This document shows positions 50,071 through 63,122 of a stretch of DNA of 64,000 nucleotides, in pieces. The notes beneath the pieces were generated by a model, which saw nothing but the letters and a program-made list of their open reading frames with translations, searched no databases and was not told where the DNA came from. Location of the stretch: assembly GCF_006345805.1 (NCBI RefSeq), contig NC_043002.1, positions 60,140,001 through 60,204,000 on the forward strand, in the 5' to 3' direction. The stretch comes from Octopus sinensis. Its lineage: Eukaryota. The number at the start of each line of letters is the position of its first letter. Position 1 is the first letter of the stretch. Made by a program: the position numbers and the translations under genes.

Positions 50071-51558
50071 TGTCTGTATATTTTCGGCGATAAATACAAA
50101 ACAAACATACACACACACACACACACTCACACACACACACGCGTACACGCACACACAATCACACACACACACTCCCGCACACATATATAATGATCTACTG
50201 GATTCTCTGCATTGTTTACCTTTTGAAATGAACTGATAATCGTTCGAATTTTTGTTATGATCTGTAATAATCTGCTTAGTAATGTAAAGTCTTGTAGTGA
50301 TTAAGTTACAGATTGCGAAATGAGAGCAACTACGCATGCGCATTCAAACAACAGTGGTAATTCCATTCCTAAATATAAAAAAAAATCCAGAAAATAAAAA
50401 GGACTGAAGTTATCAACACACACACACAGAAATTTGCGCATGCGTGCGTGTGCAAAATGGAATAAATAAACGCATAGTATAATAAGACTAACTGTTCATC
50501 CAAGAAAATTTTTCTCCAAAAACAAAAAGAAGAAAGTGAATTCCGGTCTTTTGCATCTACAATAGTATTATGTAACATTTACTGTAAGACTAGAAGCTCA
50601 TATTGTGAAGAATAATTGAAATTAATCCAATTAACAACAGAAATATGAACAAAACAGAAGACTGTATTCTGTGTTCGAGGAAGCCAACAAAACTACGACT
50701 GCGACTGTGTTTGTAGACGCTTGCTAGAAGAAAAAGAGAAAAAGCTGTTATTATTGAATAAATTAAGAACCAATGAAAAAAATATACTTAGTACCTCAAA
50801 ATATACTAATAATGTACGAGAAAAATATATTGCCCGCTTTTCATAAATAACAAATAGATTAATTGAAAGTTATGCTTATTTAAAGGAAAATGCGTAGTTT
50901 TATGGTAGGTAAAATTTTTAAAAGACGGAAACACACAATTGAATGCTACAAGTATACAAACACTGAAGATTTAAGAAAAACACAAACGAATTTCAGGAGG
51001 AATCCTAGGTGAAACTGGTGCTATAGCATAACGCAATATAAAGGCTTAAATTATAACATACTTTAGTTGAGAAATTATATTTCACAACAAATTCTGTCAT
51101 GTTCTAAATTAAACACACATAAACGCCCACCAAAATTATGTGTAGAATAACACTATCAAACACCGATCACTTCAGTTTGCTTAGAAAGCTGCATGGATAC
51201 GTATAACCTGGATGAACATATCATGCAATTAAACCAACAGGATAGCACGTCTTTGACTATCTACGCAGTAGAAACACGTGTTGGACTGAGCTTCAAATGA
51301 ATGTATTTTATATAGTTCTGTAATAAAGGAGCTTTGAGGATGAATAATGCCCCATTCTTATGTTTATTATCTCGAATATACATTCTTTTTACTGTAATAT
51401 ATCTAAACAAAAGCTTTCTGGATTTACCCCCCGGTTGAAATACCGTGTAATTGTTTACCTTAAAAAAATTCCCGTTGCTACATATCATTCGATGTGGTTA
51501 ACCAGAACATGGATTATATTTGAATACTTCAAAGTGTGCTGCCCAGATCCCTATTCAT

Positions 51559-51623
<65 letters not shown>

Positions 51624-51941
51624 GTATGTATGTATGTATGTATGTATGTATGTATGTATGTATGTATGTATGTATGCATGTCTCTTCTATTTTTTAATTG
51701 TTATAAATCTTCCACAGAGTAAAGAGACGGTTTCCAGCATAGGTACAAGGCTCCATCTTTGAGCTATAGATAATACAGGCAAATTCACATTTGGAACTTG
51801 AGAAAAATCTTGTCTATTTTCACCGTACCACTCACAGATTGCACTTGTAATGTACGAATTAGCCGGTCGAATTTTCTTTCTGAAAACCCGGTATGTACAC
51901 ACACACACACACATAAACACACGTCCACCCCACACGCACAC

Positions 51942-51988
<47 letters not shown>

Positions 51989-51992
<4 letters not shown>

Positions 51993-52865
51993 GTGCAGTG
52001 AATATGTTGTCGTCTGAATTATGCAAGAATGAAAATAACACTGACATCTCATTTTAACAGATATATTTACCAAAATTACATTAAAAAATCTTTAAATAGT
52101 AAATAGTAAATTTGTTAAATAAAATCACCATTAGCTTTAACTAGGGCTTCCAGACTACTTTAAAATTTCCTACAGGTCTTCTGGATGGTCTCCTTGTTTA
52201 AGTTGGTGAATGCTGTCATAATCCTTGCCTTCAGTTCATCTTCGATGCTTCAAAGAATTTTGGTGGTCACACGCTCAGCTGCGGTCTACACATAATAATC
52301 AAGGGGGTTCCAGTCTGAGGAGCTAGGTCGCCAAATATTAGGGGTGGTGTAGTTTCAGAAATTGTCTGACAGCCATAACTGGGTTCTTCTGCTTGTAGGA
52401 CATAGTGCAGAGCCCTGTTGCCAGACATAAAGTCTTCCAGTACCCACCCTATTAAACCAGGGCACTACTACCTCTTTCAGGCACTCGATGTAGGCCTCGC
52501 TGTTGAGTGTGACACCGTGTGGGAAGATGAATAGAGGCATAACGTTGCCATCGGTAGTGATCACTCGAAATGCCATGATATTGACTGGATGTTTGATTTT
52601 CATCACTCTAGGTACATCTTTTGGGGACTCAGATTGGCATCCAACACTCTGAAATGTTCGTATTGGAGCTCACGGCGCGCATGCCAAGCAGTACAGAATG
52701 TAATTTCCAAATTTCTGGAAGAGTGAATTGCGTCATGCTGCGGTTCTCTTACAGACGGTGCTGAACTGACCGCACTCTACTGTGCAGTCAACAAAATCCA
52801 CTCTCAATAAATCTGTATGTGTTACTTAAAACACTATATGGCGAAACGTTACCCATCGCACTCTG
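51989..52865 (-). mobile_element. Internally deleted Tc1/mariner-superfamily element, DD37D (maT)-like
   Basis: Imperfect TIRs CAGGGTGCAG / CAGAGTGCGA. ORF 52355..52606 continues *NYTTPNIWRPSSSDWNPLDYYV; 37 residues lie between the QQ(D>G) position and the NPLD aspartate. Confidence 0.75.
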
Positions 52866-52897
52866 TGTGTGTGTATGCGTGTATGTATGTATATATG

Positions 52898-52927
<30 letters not shown>

Positions 52928-52937
<10 letters not shown>

Positions 52938-53593
52938 GAGAGGGCATAATTATACATACATGCCAGGAGGCATTATATATACCTGCCAAACGCTAAGAGG
53001 GACAATCAGTCATTTCTACCAAAAATATTACTAATCCCACCGAATGCAATTTTTCAAAGTAAGACATTTAAAAATATATAGGCCTGTATCACAGTGATTT
53101 CATACTTACGTAATCATCAGCAGGCCTGAATGTATTATAAATAAACAACGACCCTGCCTCGCTTAAGCCGAACAGCTAACTGATCAACATCAACGAAGCA
53201 CATGGGTGAGTTTATATATATTACATCCGGGTGAATGGCAAACTTTACAAAATTGCATTTCGGGAGAGGAAAAGTTTTTTCGGAATAAAAATTTTGCAAT
53301 TAAGGACAACTACTTAATAAGGAAAACTTAACAAGAAATTGTCAGGTAGATAGCGTAAAAACCTCATAAGAGAAAAAATTTCGAAAATAATTATTTCTAT
53401 TGAACATATTAATTTATATATAGAGAGGGCATAATTATACATACATGCCAGGAGGCATTATATATACCTGCCAAACGCTAAGAGGGACAATCAGTCATTT
53501 CTACCAAAAATATTACTAATCCCACCGAATGCAATTTTTCAAAGTAAGACATTTAAAAATATATAGGCCTGTATCACAGTGATTTCATACTTA
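52928..53593 (-). mobile_element. Non-coding ~1.37-mer of a 485-bp unit with hammerhead
   Basis: 52937-53108 is repeated at 53422-53593 (offset 485); full hammerhead at 53080-53127, truncated copy at 53565-53593; TA-rich flanks. Confidence 0.8.
53080..53127 (-). ncRNA. Type I hammerhead ribozyme (canonical core)
   Basis: AGGCCTG-CTGATGA-TTACGTAAGTAT-GAA-ATCAC-T-GTGAT-A-CAGGCCT; 7-bp stem I, AUA triplet, 1-nt stem III loop. Confidence 0.8.
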
Positions 53594-53662
53594 TATATTT
53601 ATATACGTGTGTATGTCTGTGTGTGTGTGCGTGTGAGTTGTGTATGCGAACAACGTAATGTA

Positions 53663-53717
<55 letters not shown>

Positions 53718-53845
53718 AATATGTTATTTTACTCGGTAGTCAAGATAAAACTCTGAGTTTCAGATGCCGAAGTGGAAATCCACAACACCATCTCTTCGGT
53801 TATCTGGCTATTTGAAAAGGCTATGAAAAAATACCGTTAAATAAA

Positions 53846-54463
53846 GGGAAATTTTTCCTAGCACTGATAGATAGACATTTTCCAGTTAACCATACTTATA
53901 GGAAACTCTTCAATAGACACAATTTAAAAATTAGTTTTAGTTCAACTACCAATTTTAAAAACATAATCAAACATAACATACAAAAAACACAACAAGAAAA
54001 CAGCTGTTCATGCAGGAATAAAGAATCGAGCCCGCTAAATGGAGCTTGCATGTCCAAGACCATCATATATGAAGCTACCGTAAACTCTATAACCACTAAA
54101 GACACCGTTTCGACGAAGAAATACGTGGGCCTTACAGAGGGTAATTTCAAGGCCAGGTTCAATAACCACACTTTGAGCTTTAGGCACTGGAACAAAAGAA
54201 AAGCGACACAATTAGCTAATCATATTTGGTCTTTAAGATATAAAGGTGTCGACTATAACATACAATGGAAGATTTTGGCCAGATGTAAGCCCTATACCAA
54301 CGGCAGCGGAAGGTGCGGTCTATGCGACATGGAGAGATGGCTTATCTGGAAAAGCAGCTTAGACCCTACTACATGTCTAAATACAAGGACAGAACTTTTC
54401 GGATCATGCCCACATGTGACTAAATTTCTGTTACGTTTTTGGTCCCCTAAAGAAAACAGATAG
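53846..54463 (+). pseudogene. PLE GIY-YIG endonuclease domain (open frame, no start)
   Basis: In-frame extension of ORF 54050..54463: GKFFLALIDRHF..KLFNRHNLKISFS..CSCRNKES.PLNGAC, IIYEATV..YVG, RFNNH, CGLC, LN.R.EL..CPH. Confidence 0.88.
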
Positions 54464-54655
54464 AACATGCTTTCTATGTTATGTCCCAAGAAGATTTTAT
54501 ATATTTTAATATATTTTTATATATTTTTTATGTATTTTTATATAATTTTTATGACGAAAAATGCGAGCGATGTATAAGTACGCAGGCAAGCAGAGTTATA
54601 ACACAGTAATTTCCCTTTATTTAACGGTATTTTTTCATAGCCTTTTCAAATAGCC

Positions 54656-54720
54656 AAGATAACCGAAGAGATGGTGTTGTGGATTTCCACTTCGGCATCT
54701 GAAACTCAGAGTTTTATCTT
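54656..54720 (+). ncRNA. Hammerhead-like motif with U4C core (mirror copy at 53742-53805, minus strand)
   Basis: AAGATAA-CCGAAGA-GATG..CATC-T-GAAAC-TC-A-GA-GTT-TTATCTT. Confidence 0.6.
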
Positions 54721-55887
54721 GACTACCGAGTAAAGTAACATATTATTGTATAGATAAATTTCCTCTATTTACATAATATTGAGGTCTCTTTCTTTCTTTT
54801 GTTATCTTACCGTTTATCAATATATATATAGATAGATAGATAGATATACATATGTATAAACACATACACACACACATATGAATTATAACACGTACATATA
54901 TGTATGTGTGTGTGTGCGTGCGTGTGTGCATGTATGTATGTATACATTTATATATGCATTCTATAATATTTTTAACAAGAGGTTCAGATAAGAAATCCCT
55001 CACAAACATTCAAACACAAATGAATGCGAGTTAGATCTGAAGGCATAAACATCAAAAGTTACTAAACTGGAATATAATATTTAAATTGAATGTGAAAAGG
55101 ATTAAATAATTAATATTGTTAGAACTTTCTTTGGACTATCAATGTCAATGAATAAAATCTGAAAATTAAAAAAGATATGATGAATAGATAACAAAAATAA
55201 TTTTATAAGTCGAATTGTGCAAATGATAGACTCAATGGAAATTGATACCGATATCACTGTTGCTTTGAAATTGTAACATCAATAGCAATGTCCAGATAAA
55301 AGCAGTATCTTAATATTTATCAACAAATTTATAATCACAGAGGCTCAATATTGAGGAAAGAAAATGCGTATATTCTCAAAATTCTTAGATAAGGATATCT
55401 ACAACTCAAACACAAAACTGTCGGAAGCTATCTCAGTGGCAAATGTTGAAAATAGTATAACAAATAACTCACTTCTTAATGAGATTCATACCAAAACTCT
55501 TATAATACAGGCTGTTCAAGAGTCTCTCCGCAGTAAGTATTTAAATGTTTTCGGGCGATTCTTGTACACTGATCCTCACCAGAAAAAATCTGGCGGTGTT
55601 TAATCAGGTCATCTTAGTGGCCAAAGTCCCTTTAAAATTATCCTTTCACCGAAAAACTCTTGAAGTAGTGCCAGGATGAAAAGAACTCACTGCCGTGAGG
55701 CCTTTTGGACAGGCTGTACATAGTGACAAAATACCTATCTGAATCTTAGAAAGCAACTCGGGGTAATATTCTCAGAATAGCTCACAACGGTTCTTAGAAG
55801 GAAGCAAACATTTGTCATCAAACTGAAAACACATTTATTAAGAACTAGTGGAAAACGGTAAATAAGGCTATACTGAAAATATACATA

Positions 55888-56046
55888 GGCACAGGAGTGA
55901 TTGTGTCGTAAGTACCTTGCTTACCAACCACATGGTTTCGGGTTCAGTCCCACTGCGTGGCACATTGGGCAAGTGTCTTCTAGTATACCCTCGGGTCGAC
56001 CAAAGACTTGAGAGTGGATTTCGTAGACGAAAACTGAAAGTCCGTC

Positions 56047-56124
<78 letters not shown>

Positions 56125-56334
56125 ATATGTATATATTTTCGTGTGTGTGTGTGTCCCAATATCGCTTGACAACCGATGTTGGTGTGTTTACGTCCCGTAA
56201 CTTAGCCGTTCGGCAAAACATAACGATAGAATAAGTACTAGGTTTACAGAGAAGAATTCCTGAGGTCAATTTGCTCGACTAAAGGTGGTGCACCAACATG
56301 GCCGCAGTCAAAATATCTAAAACAAGTAAAAGAG
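55888..56334 (+). mobile_element. SINE family A
   Basis: Collinear with 37886-38348. Confidence 0.85.
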
Positions 56335-56407
56335 AAGAAAAGAAAGAAAGATAGAATGAGAGAGAAATTGAACGTAGCGCCATAGGCAAAGTACGTTGGT
56401 AAAGATA

Positions 56408-56475
56408 TACAGGGTCGGCCAAATGTCACCCGACAGCAAATCGAGTTCAATAAATACCTAATATTCAATTTTATT
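56408..56475 (+). mobile_element. Lone Tc1/mariner-type TIR remnant
   Basis: TA-CAGGGTCGGCCAAATGTCACCCGAC, related to 155-180. Confidence 0.4.
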
Positions 56476-57364
56476 TATTCATTTGGAAAAATGGTGTCGC
56501 ACAAGAAGGACTTTGGTTTGAACAATTTCCATGATGTTTCGTATTTAGATGCTTTTATTAAATTCATTCATTTGTTAAAAATAAACAAATCTTGGAATTA
56601 AATGGTTTTTATTTACTGTCTTTTAATCAACCTTGTTTATAGAGATGCGTGTGACTACTCATATAGGTTACTGGTACCTGAAGCCAATGAAATGAGTGGT
56701 TTAGAAGGAAAGTAAAGCGGCGAAAATATCCCCAACGAAATTATGAATGTGTGATCCAAAGGGAAGCGAAGAGAGCTGTGTCGTGCGCAGAGGAGGGCTG
56801 TACAAATGTGCACACTCTCATCTTGGCCACAACACACGTAAATACCAACACTACTTCGATGTCAACGAAAAGCATATTCAAAAGCTGTTCAATGAGAAGC
56901 ATGAAGTCTATTTGCGTATATAAACTGGATGTGACGGCGAAGGTGGAGTATTCCCAGTCGCATGAAATGGGCAGAGGTGACATTTACTACAATTGCACAG
57001 GGACAAAATACACGTCGTAACATGTGGCCAAACATAATACGTTTGGAGTGGCCAAAAGATTCGGCTTTCAAAAAGAACACACGGTCCGTTGGCATTCAAT
57101 ATACGTCTTGTGGAAATAGGTTGGCTGAATAATTCTTTTTTTCTTACCACTCGTACACATAAAAAGCAAATCAGAATACACGATCTAGCTTTGTAATCAT
57201 ATCCTGTGAGTAGACGGAAACTTGCGATGAAAATTCCTGTTTAGTAAATGTAATTAATTATGGAGATGTTAATTTACTTCTAGAACTGAGTAAAATTTTG
57301 TTCATTAATATTGAATTAATGAAAAGCGAGATGTAAAAAAAACTTGCTTTGAATTATTTGACAC

Positions 57365-57960
<596 letters not shown>

Positions 57961-59012
57961 GTTTCATTGTGACTTCCTCGACAACGCAACTATACGTGTA
58001 CCTAGAGTCGCACCGGCGCCTTTATGCACACGTTTTAAAGAAATTGCAGGTCAACAAATATGACAGGAATTTCAGGTAGATGAGGACACGAGGAAAGGTG
58101 ACTGAAAATGTGGAGTGTGCGGGTGGTGACATGTACCCGAATTAGTCATGGAATAATCGCTTTAACGCCATGTTCATAGAAGCAGTTTAACCCAAAGCGT
58201 TGGAAAAATTATTCTTTAATTTAGTAAGATGAGAATGTTGAATCCTCAACAGGGAATATATCTTTCTTCGAAGCTTTGCTTTCAAATCTTAATTGTTGCG
58301 TTATATATTATACCAGTAGGTTGTCAGTAGGTTATTATTGTGTTAAATTTGCTTCAGAGTTTGGATTATAAATCATGATTTATAATCTGTTAATGAATTA
58401 ACAGATATGCATTTGAACGTTACAGTTTTCACCAAAATAATAACTATTTTACCTTATTTGCCTCGGAGTTTTAATCCCATAATGCCACCGATCCTGTACC
58501 AGCTAATGTTGGACCATATACTTAACCGAACTGTTAGAAATATCAGTTAATTTACTCGCCAATCACACCACACTGTCTCTAAAAGATCGCTTGAGGTAAT
58601 GAAGTAAAACCTTCCGTGCTTGATGTGGTTGATAATGACGGATTGATTCTATGAATATGAAATTATTTGTTGTAGAAATGAAACAAATGGAAATACGAGG
58701 GGTCCTTGATTTAAGGATAATATGCAAATCCTAGTTTATAATTGAGATATCTGATAAGGAATTTCAGTGATGAAATATCTTAAAGCGAAGAAGCTATATC
58801 AGCAGATTCACAGTCTAACAGATGCACTCTCGGAAAATAGCGACTAATAAACAGATAATTACAGCAATTTGTCATAGATATATCATGATAGTACTGAAAT
58901 ATTGTAGGTTGATATATATATAATAGCAGATATATGCATTTTTATTGATTTAATTTCAGAACACAACCACCCACTCACTGCACATACACATATATATATA
59001 TACATGTACACA

Positions 59013-59094
<82 letters not shown>

Positions 59095-59101
59095 CTAGAA
59101 A

Positions 59102-59148
<47 letters not shown>

Positions 59149-59210
59149 CTTATATATCCATATCTATATCTATATCTATATATATATATTATATATATAT
59201 ATATATATAT

Positions 59211-59249
<39 letters not shown>

Positions 59250-60496
59250 CATAGATAGATAACTAAGTAGATGTGTATAAATACATGAGCACGGACACAC
59301 ACATACGCAGACACAGATATACATGTATACCTATGGATATCCTCCATGTTTTGATCAGATATTCACTTAGACTGATGTCATTAAACATTACAGTTTCCCT
59401 TTTAGTTTTTATTATCGACAGACTAAGTTTATATTGCTTAAAAAATGAATTTGCATATTTTACTTAGATGTTTTCGTAGTTCATTACCGTATCTAATATA
59501 CTCAATAAACTTAAAACATACATCAGTGACGACTGTGAAAATCCTTTGATGTTTATCTTAAAGTTCTGATTATTGAAACTAATACAAATGAACAGTAAAA
59601 AAAAAATCCACATAGAAGTACTCTGTGCAGGCGTGGCTTTGCAGTTAGGAAGCTCGCTTTGCAACCATGTGTTTTCAGGTTCAGTCTCACCGCGCGCCAC
59701 CTTGCTGAGAATCTATTTGTTTAAAAATAATTGTTACTTGTTTACAGATCTTCAATTATATATTATTTAGTGTATTTCGTTGTAGGAAATAATCTGGAAA
59801 GAAAGAAAAAAAAAGACAAGAGGATGGCGATTTTATGCTTTTCGCGGTATAAGTTGTCGATATAATTAAAAGCGTTCATCGTAATTATTTTTAATTGCTC
59901 TTCAACAAAAGGAAACTGTATGAGAATGAAAACAGGATAATGAGAGGAAAAGAGAATATTGACTTAGGAGAGAAGCAGAAAATATTTCTTCTATACTCAC
60001 AAAATAGGTGTTTTTCTTTTAGTTAAAGTATCACTGATGAAGGCACCGGTCTTGTGGCTACCTTAGATGGTCTCCGCAAATTTCCCAAACAGGTGGTCGG
60101 AAGCGACCTGTCTGTACGTTTGGACGAAAATGGAGAGGAGGCTTCTGAGAAGTTTACCAAATTTCAAGGCCATGTAGGTCAATGCAGAAACTAAGGCTGA
60201 CAAGAGATAGAGCCTGCAAACGATAGAGAGTGAACTTCTAGGTCTTGTATGGCTTTCACCTTGCAAAGCTCTAACTGTGCTTGAAGTTATTAATACAGCA
60301 AAGACGAGGGTCATCAAGTCTCATACTGAACCTAGAGGACGTCCACTAGATAGCATTTGATAAAGAAGACACACCAGTGGATTGCTCTTACTGGGATGCA
60401 AGTTGATACTTCATGAACTCCTCTTGGATCAAGTGGGAGAGCGCGTTTGATGTTGAAAGATCTGAAACCACATGAGATCTAAAAAATATCATTAAT

Positions 60497-60761
60497 GATG
60501 CATCCCACAGATTTCTGGAGATGTACCTCAGAGCTTTGGTGAGATGAAATCCCTGAGCTTCCGTGAGAGACATCCTACAGCTTTCGTGAGATGCATCCCA
60601 GAGTTTTCTTGGGATGTGATCCAGAGCTTCCGTTAGATGAAACCCAGAGCTTCCGTGAGATGCCTCCCAGATCTTTCGTGGTTTGTGTCCCAGAGCTTCA
60701 GTGAGATGCGATGCCAGAGCTTCCGTGAGATTCATCTAAGTGCTTCCGAGAGATGCATCCC
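60497..60761. repeat. Minisatellite, 23-bp unit, about 11-12 diverged copies
   Basis: Consensus CCAGAGCTTCCGTGAGATGCATC recurs at 23-bp (once 24-bp) spacing. Confidence 0.85.
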
Positions 60762-61279
60762 TGAATTAAATAAATTCGAGCTGCCATTCAGGAGGTTATA
60801 TTTGATCGGCCTTTGGGGATGAAAGAGGTGGTTTTTGCCATCGTATTAACATTCATGTTGTTCAGCGAAGAGCGCTGGCTCCAGTTCACTTGATACTACT
60901 TCTTTCTATTCTAATATTTTCCCCTTACACTTTGAATTTTTGTCTAGCTCTTGTAAACCAAATTTCCAGTGCAGAAGTTTGATTTGCATGCACGGTTTAA
61001 AAGAAAAATATAACGAAACGCCTTTGCTCCTAAACTCACCGACAATTGTTTAACAAAATTGCCAACAACGGTGAAATTTATGAAAAAAAAAGTGGGTTTC
61101 ACCATACGGATTGATGAAATATACGCTTCGCAGACAAAGAAGTAAGAATGCTGATAACAACGGTGCTTATAAGAAATGTTTCTTGCACAGGAACTCTTCT
61201 GAACATTTCAGCTTTAAATTTTGGTAAGGGTTGATGGCAATTCGATGAAATCGACACTAGGGCTATATAATTTATCGAT

Positions 61280-61630
61280 TCCAAATCATAAACGGAGAAG
61301 TCGAGCTCGTCAGAATTTGAACTTAGAAGGTATTGATGGACAAAGTGCAGCTAATCATTTGGTCCTGCGTGTTAGCAATTCCGCCAACTCGCCGCTTTAA
61401 AAGTATACAGATATTAGTTACAAATTTTATAAAGGATCAGCGGGTTTGAATAGGGGCTAAGGTGATTAAATCGACGCCAATGCACAGCTGGTACTTGTTT
61501 TATCGACGCTGAAAGCATGAAAGGCTAAGTGGATCACGGCGGAAGTTGAACTCACAACGTATTGTCGGTCCAAATGCCGTTAAGCATCTTGTCTGGCGTG
61601 CTAACTGTTGGAAACAATTCTCATGCCTTG
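61280..61630 (-). mobile_element. Two degenerate SINE family B fragments
   Basis: Head at ~61280-61400 and head plus core at ~61450-61630. Confidence 0.6.
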
Positions 61631-62329
61631 CCAAACACGGCGAAAGTTTAGCCTTGTATAGCAATAACACAGCACGTCAAACTGGAAACACGAACCGCTA
61701 TACTGTGAGCTTTATTAACAAGAAAAAGTATTAAAGACATTATATGAATGAAACACGGTGTATTTGTAGAGATAAGAGAGGAATAGACATTTACAATAAG
61801 TACGAACATGATAAGGAACAATATGGGGATTACAAATGCACGATGGCAATGCAGATATATCGCTTAATACATGATGTTATTGAAATTTATCAACAGCGAA
61901 GAATACAAGTGGATAATCTAGAAAGTCATTAAACAGAAGCTGTGTGTGGTTAGTATCATCCCAGCCATAAATATGTAGGGTTTTGAAGCATTTACTGTTG
62001 GAATAATAAAAGAGAAACACTATATTACGCTTGTAACTAAACAAAGAGAGGAAAAAATATTAAAATAATCCTAATTCATGGTATAAACGCTTGTGTTTCA
62101 TAGTATATGCGAGGCAGAAGAAAGATGTTATGGCGACAACATATAATGAAAGTTTCGAAATGGAAGAAGCAGAATGAATACAACCGCGAATTGAAGATCT
62201 TAGGTTTAATAAGGATTCTGCGCTGTTTTTCTGGTAGTTTCTTCCTACTTTTTTATAAATTTCTATATCTAATTTTCTGTTTTTTACATTCTCCTAATCA
62301 ATTCTGTCCCCTTCCCTCCTCTACAAGCA

Positions 62330-62510
62330 TCTTCATCACCGTGGTCATTGTTGTACTTACCAGCACCACACCCGTCACCAGCACCACCCCAATAACAAAC
62401 ACCACAACCATTACCGTCACCATTACCACCACCACCACCACCACCACCACCAACACAACCACCACTGCCGCCACAGCCAACTTCACGACCAAGAACACCA
62501 CCACGTCCAA
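62330..62510. repeat. Imperfect (ACC)n microsatellite
   Basis: Directly visible; explains the poly-T/V/G ORFs. Confidence 0.9.
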
Positions 62511-62529
62511 CAGAAAACAGAATGCAATC

Positions 62530-62755
62530 CACATTTGTTCGACTAAAGACGGTGTGCACCAGCACGGCCGCAGTCAAATGACTGAAACAAGTAAAAGAAT
62601 GCAATAGTACGCAATAGGTACGTAATCTTTCGACCCCGAAAGGATGAAAGGCAATGTCGACCTCGACGAAATTTGAGCTCACAACGTAAAGACAGACGAT
62701 ATACCGCTAAGCATTTCGCCCAGCGTGCTAACGTTTCGGCCAGCTCGCCGCCTTA
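62530..62755. mobile_element. SINE A 3' end (+, ~62530-62602) tail-to-tail with a SINE B fragment (-, ~62615-62755)
   Basis: cgactaaag.cggtg..cagcacggccgcagtcaaatgactgaaacaagtaaaaga, then reverse-complement family B core and head. Confidence 0.75.
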
Positions 62756-63049
62756 AATGAAGTACATATTATTTCCTTATACATTGAGAAAGGTAACAAT
62801 CATGCTAGCTGCAAGCCTTCTGGGACGATTGTTATCATTAATGTATTGAGCATGTGCATCCGCATGTTGGTATCATTGAAATCATTTGAAAAATGAAAGA
62901 ATTCCAAGGGATTTTGGTGCTCTAGTGAACACTTTGTAGACATACGAGTTAAGTTTGCAGTATGCGTATCAGCCGGTAAATAAGTGTGCCAGTGGGCAAA
63001 AATTTACCCATTAGCCTGAGGGTCGTATTTTTGAGTGGGATGCGAAATA

Positions 63050-63122
63050 GCTGCTATAGCCTCGAGACGACCAAAGCCTTGTGAGTGGATTTGGTAGACA
63101 GAAACTGAAAGAAGCCCATCGT
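63050..63122 (+). mobile_element. SINE family A fragment
   Basis: ctatagcctcg..ccaaagccttgtgagtggatttggtagac.gaaactgaaagaagccc. Confidence 0.7.

Larger units (their letters stand above)
53712..54822 (+). mobile_element. 5'-truncated Penelope-like element (GIY-YIG end) with inverted pLTR
   Basis: Inverted repeats 53715-53853 / 54608-54747 flank a GIY-YIG frame; the right copy has an extra ~75-nt tail; ends at (TA)n. Confidence 0.88.

Noticed and set aside
53942-53944. TCA codon at the conserved SYSC cysteine position, one change from TGA (Sec)
   Set aside because: A single codon, equally explained by a Ser subfamily variant; the ATGAC motif in the 3' UTR does not fold into a SECIS.
60035-60062. 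CTGATGA-A-GGCAC..GTGGC half hammerhead
   Set aside because: GAAA and stem III are absent (truncated); not counted.
60497-60761. CRISPR-like appearance of regularly spaced repeats
   Set aside because: Units are contiguous with no unique spacers and the context is eukaryotic; it is a minisatellite.
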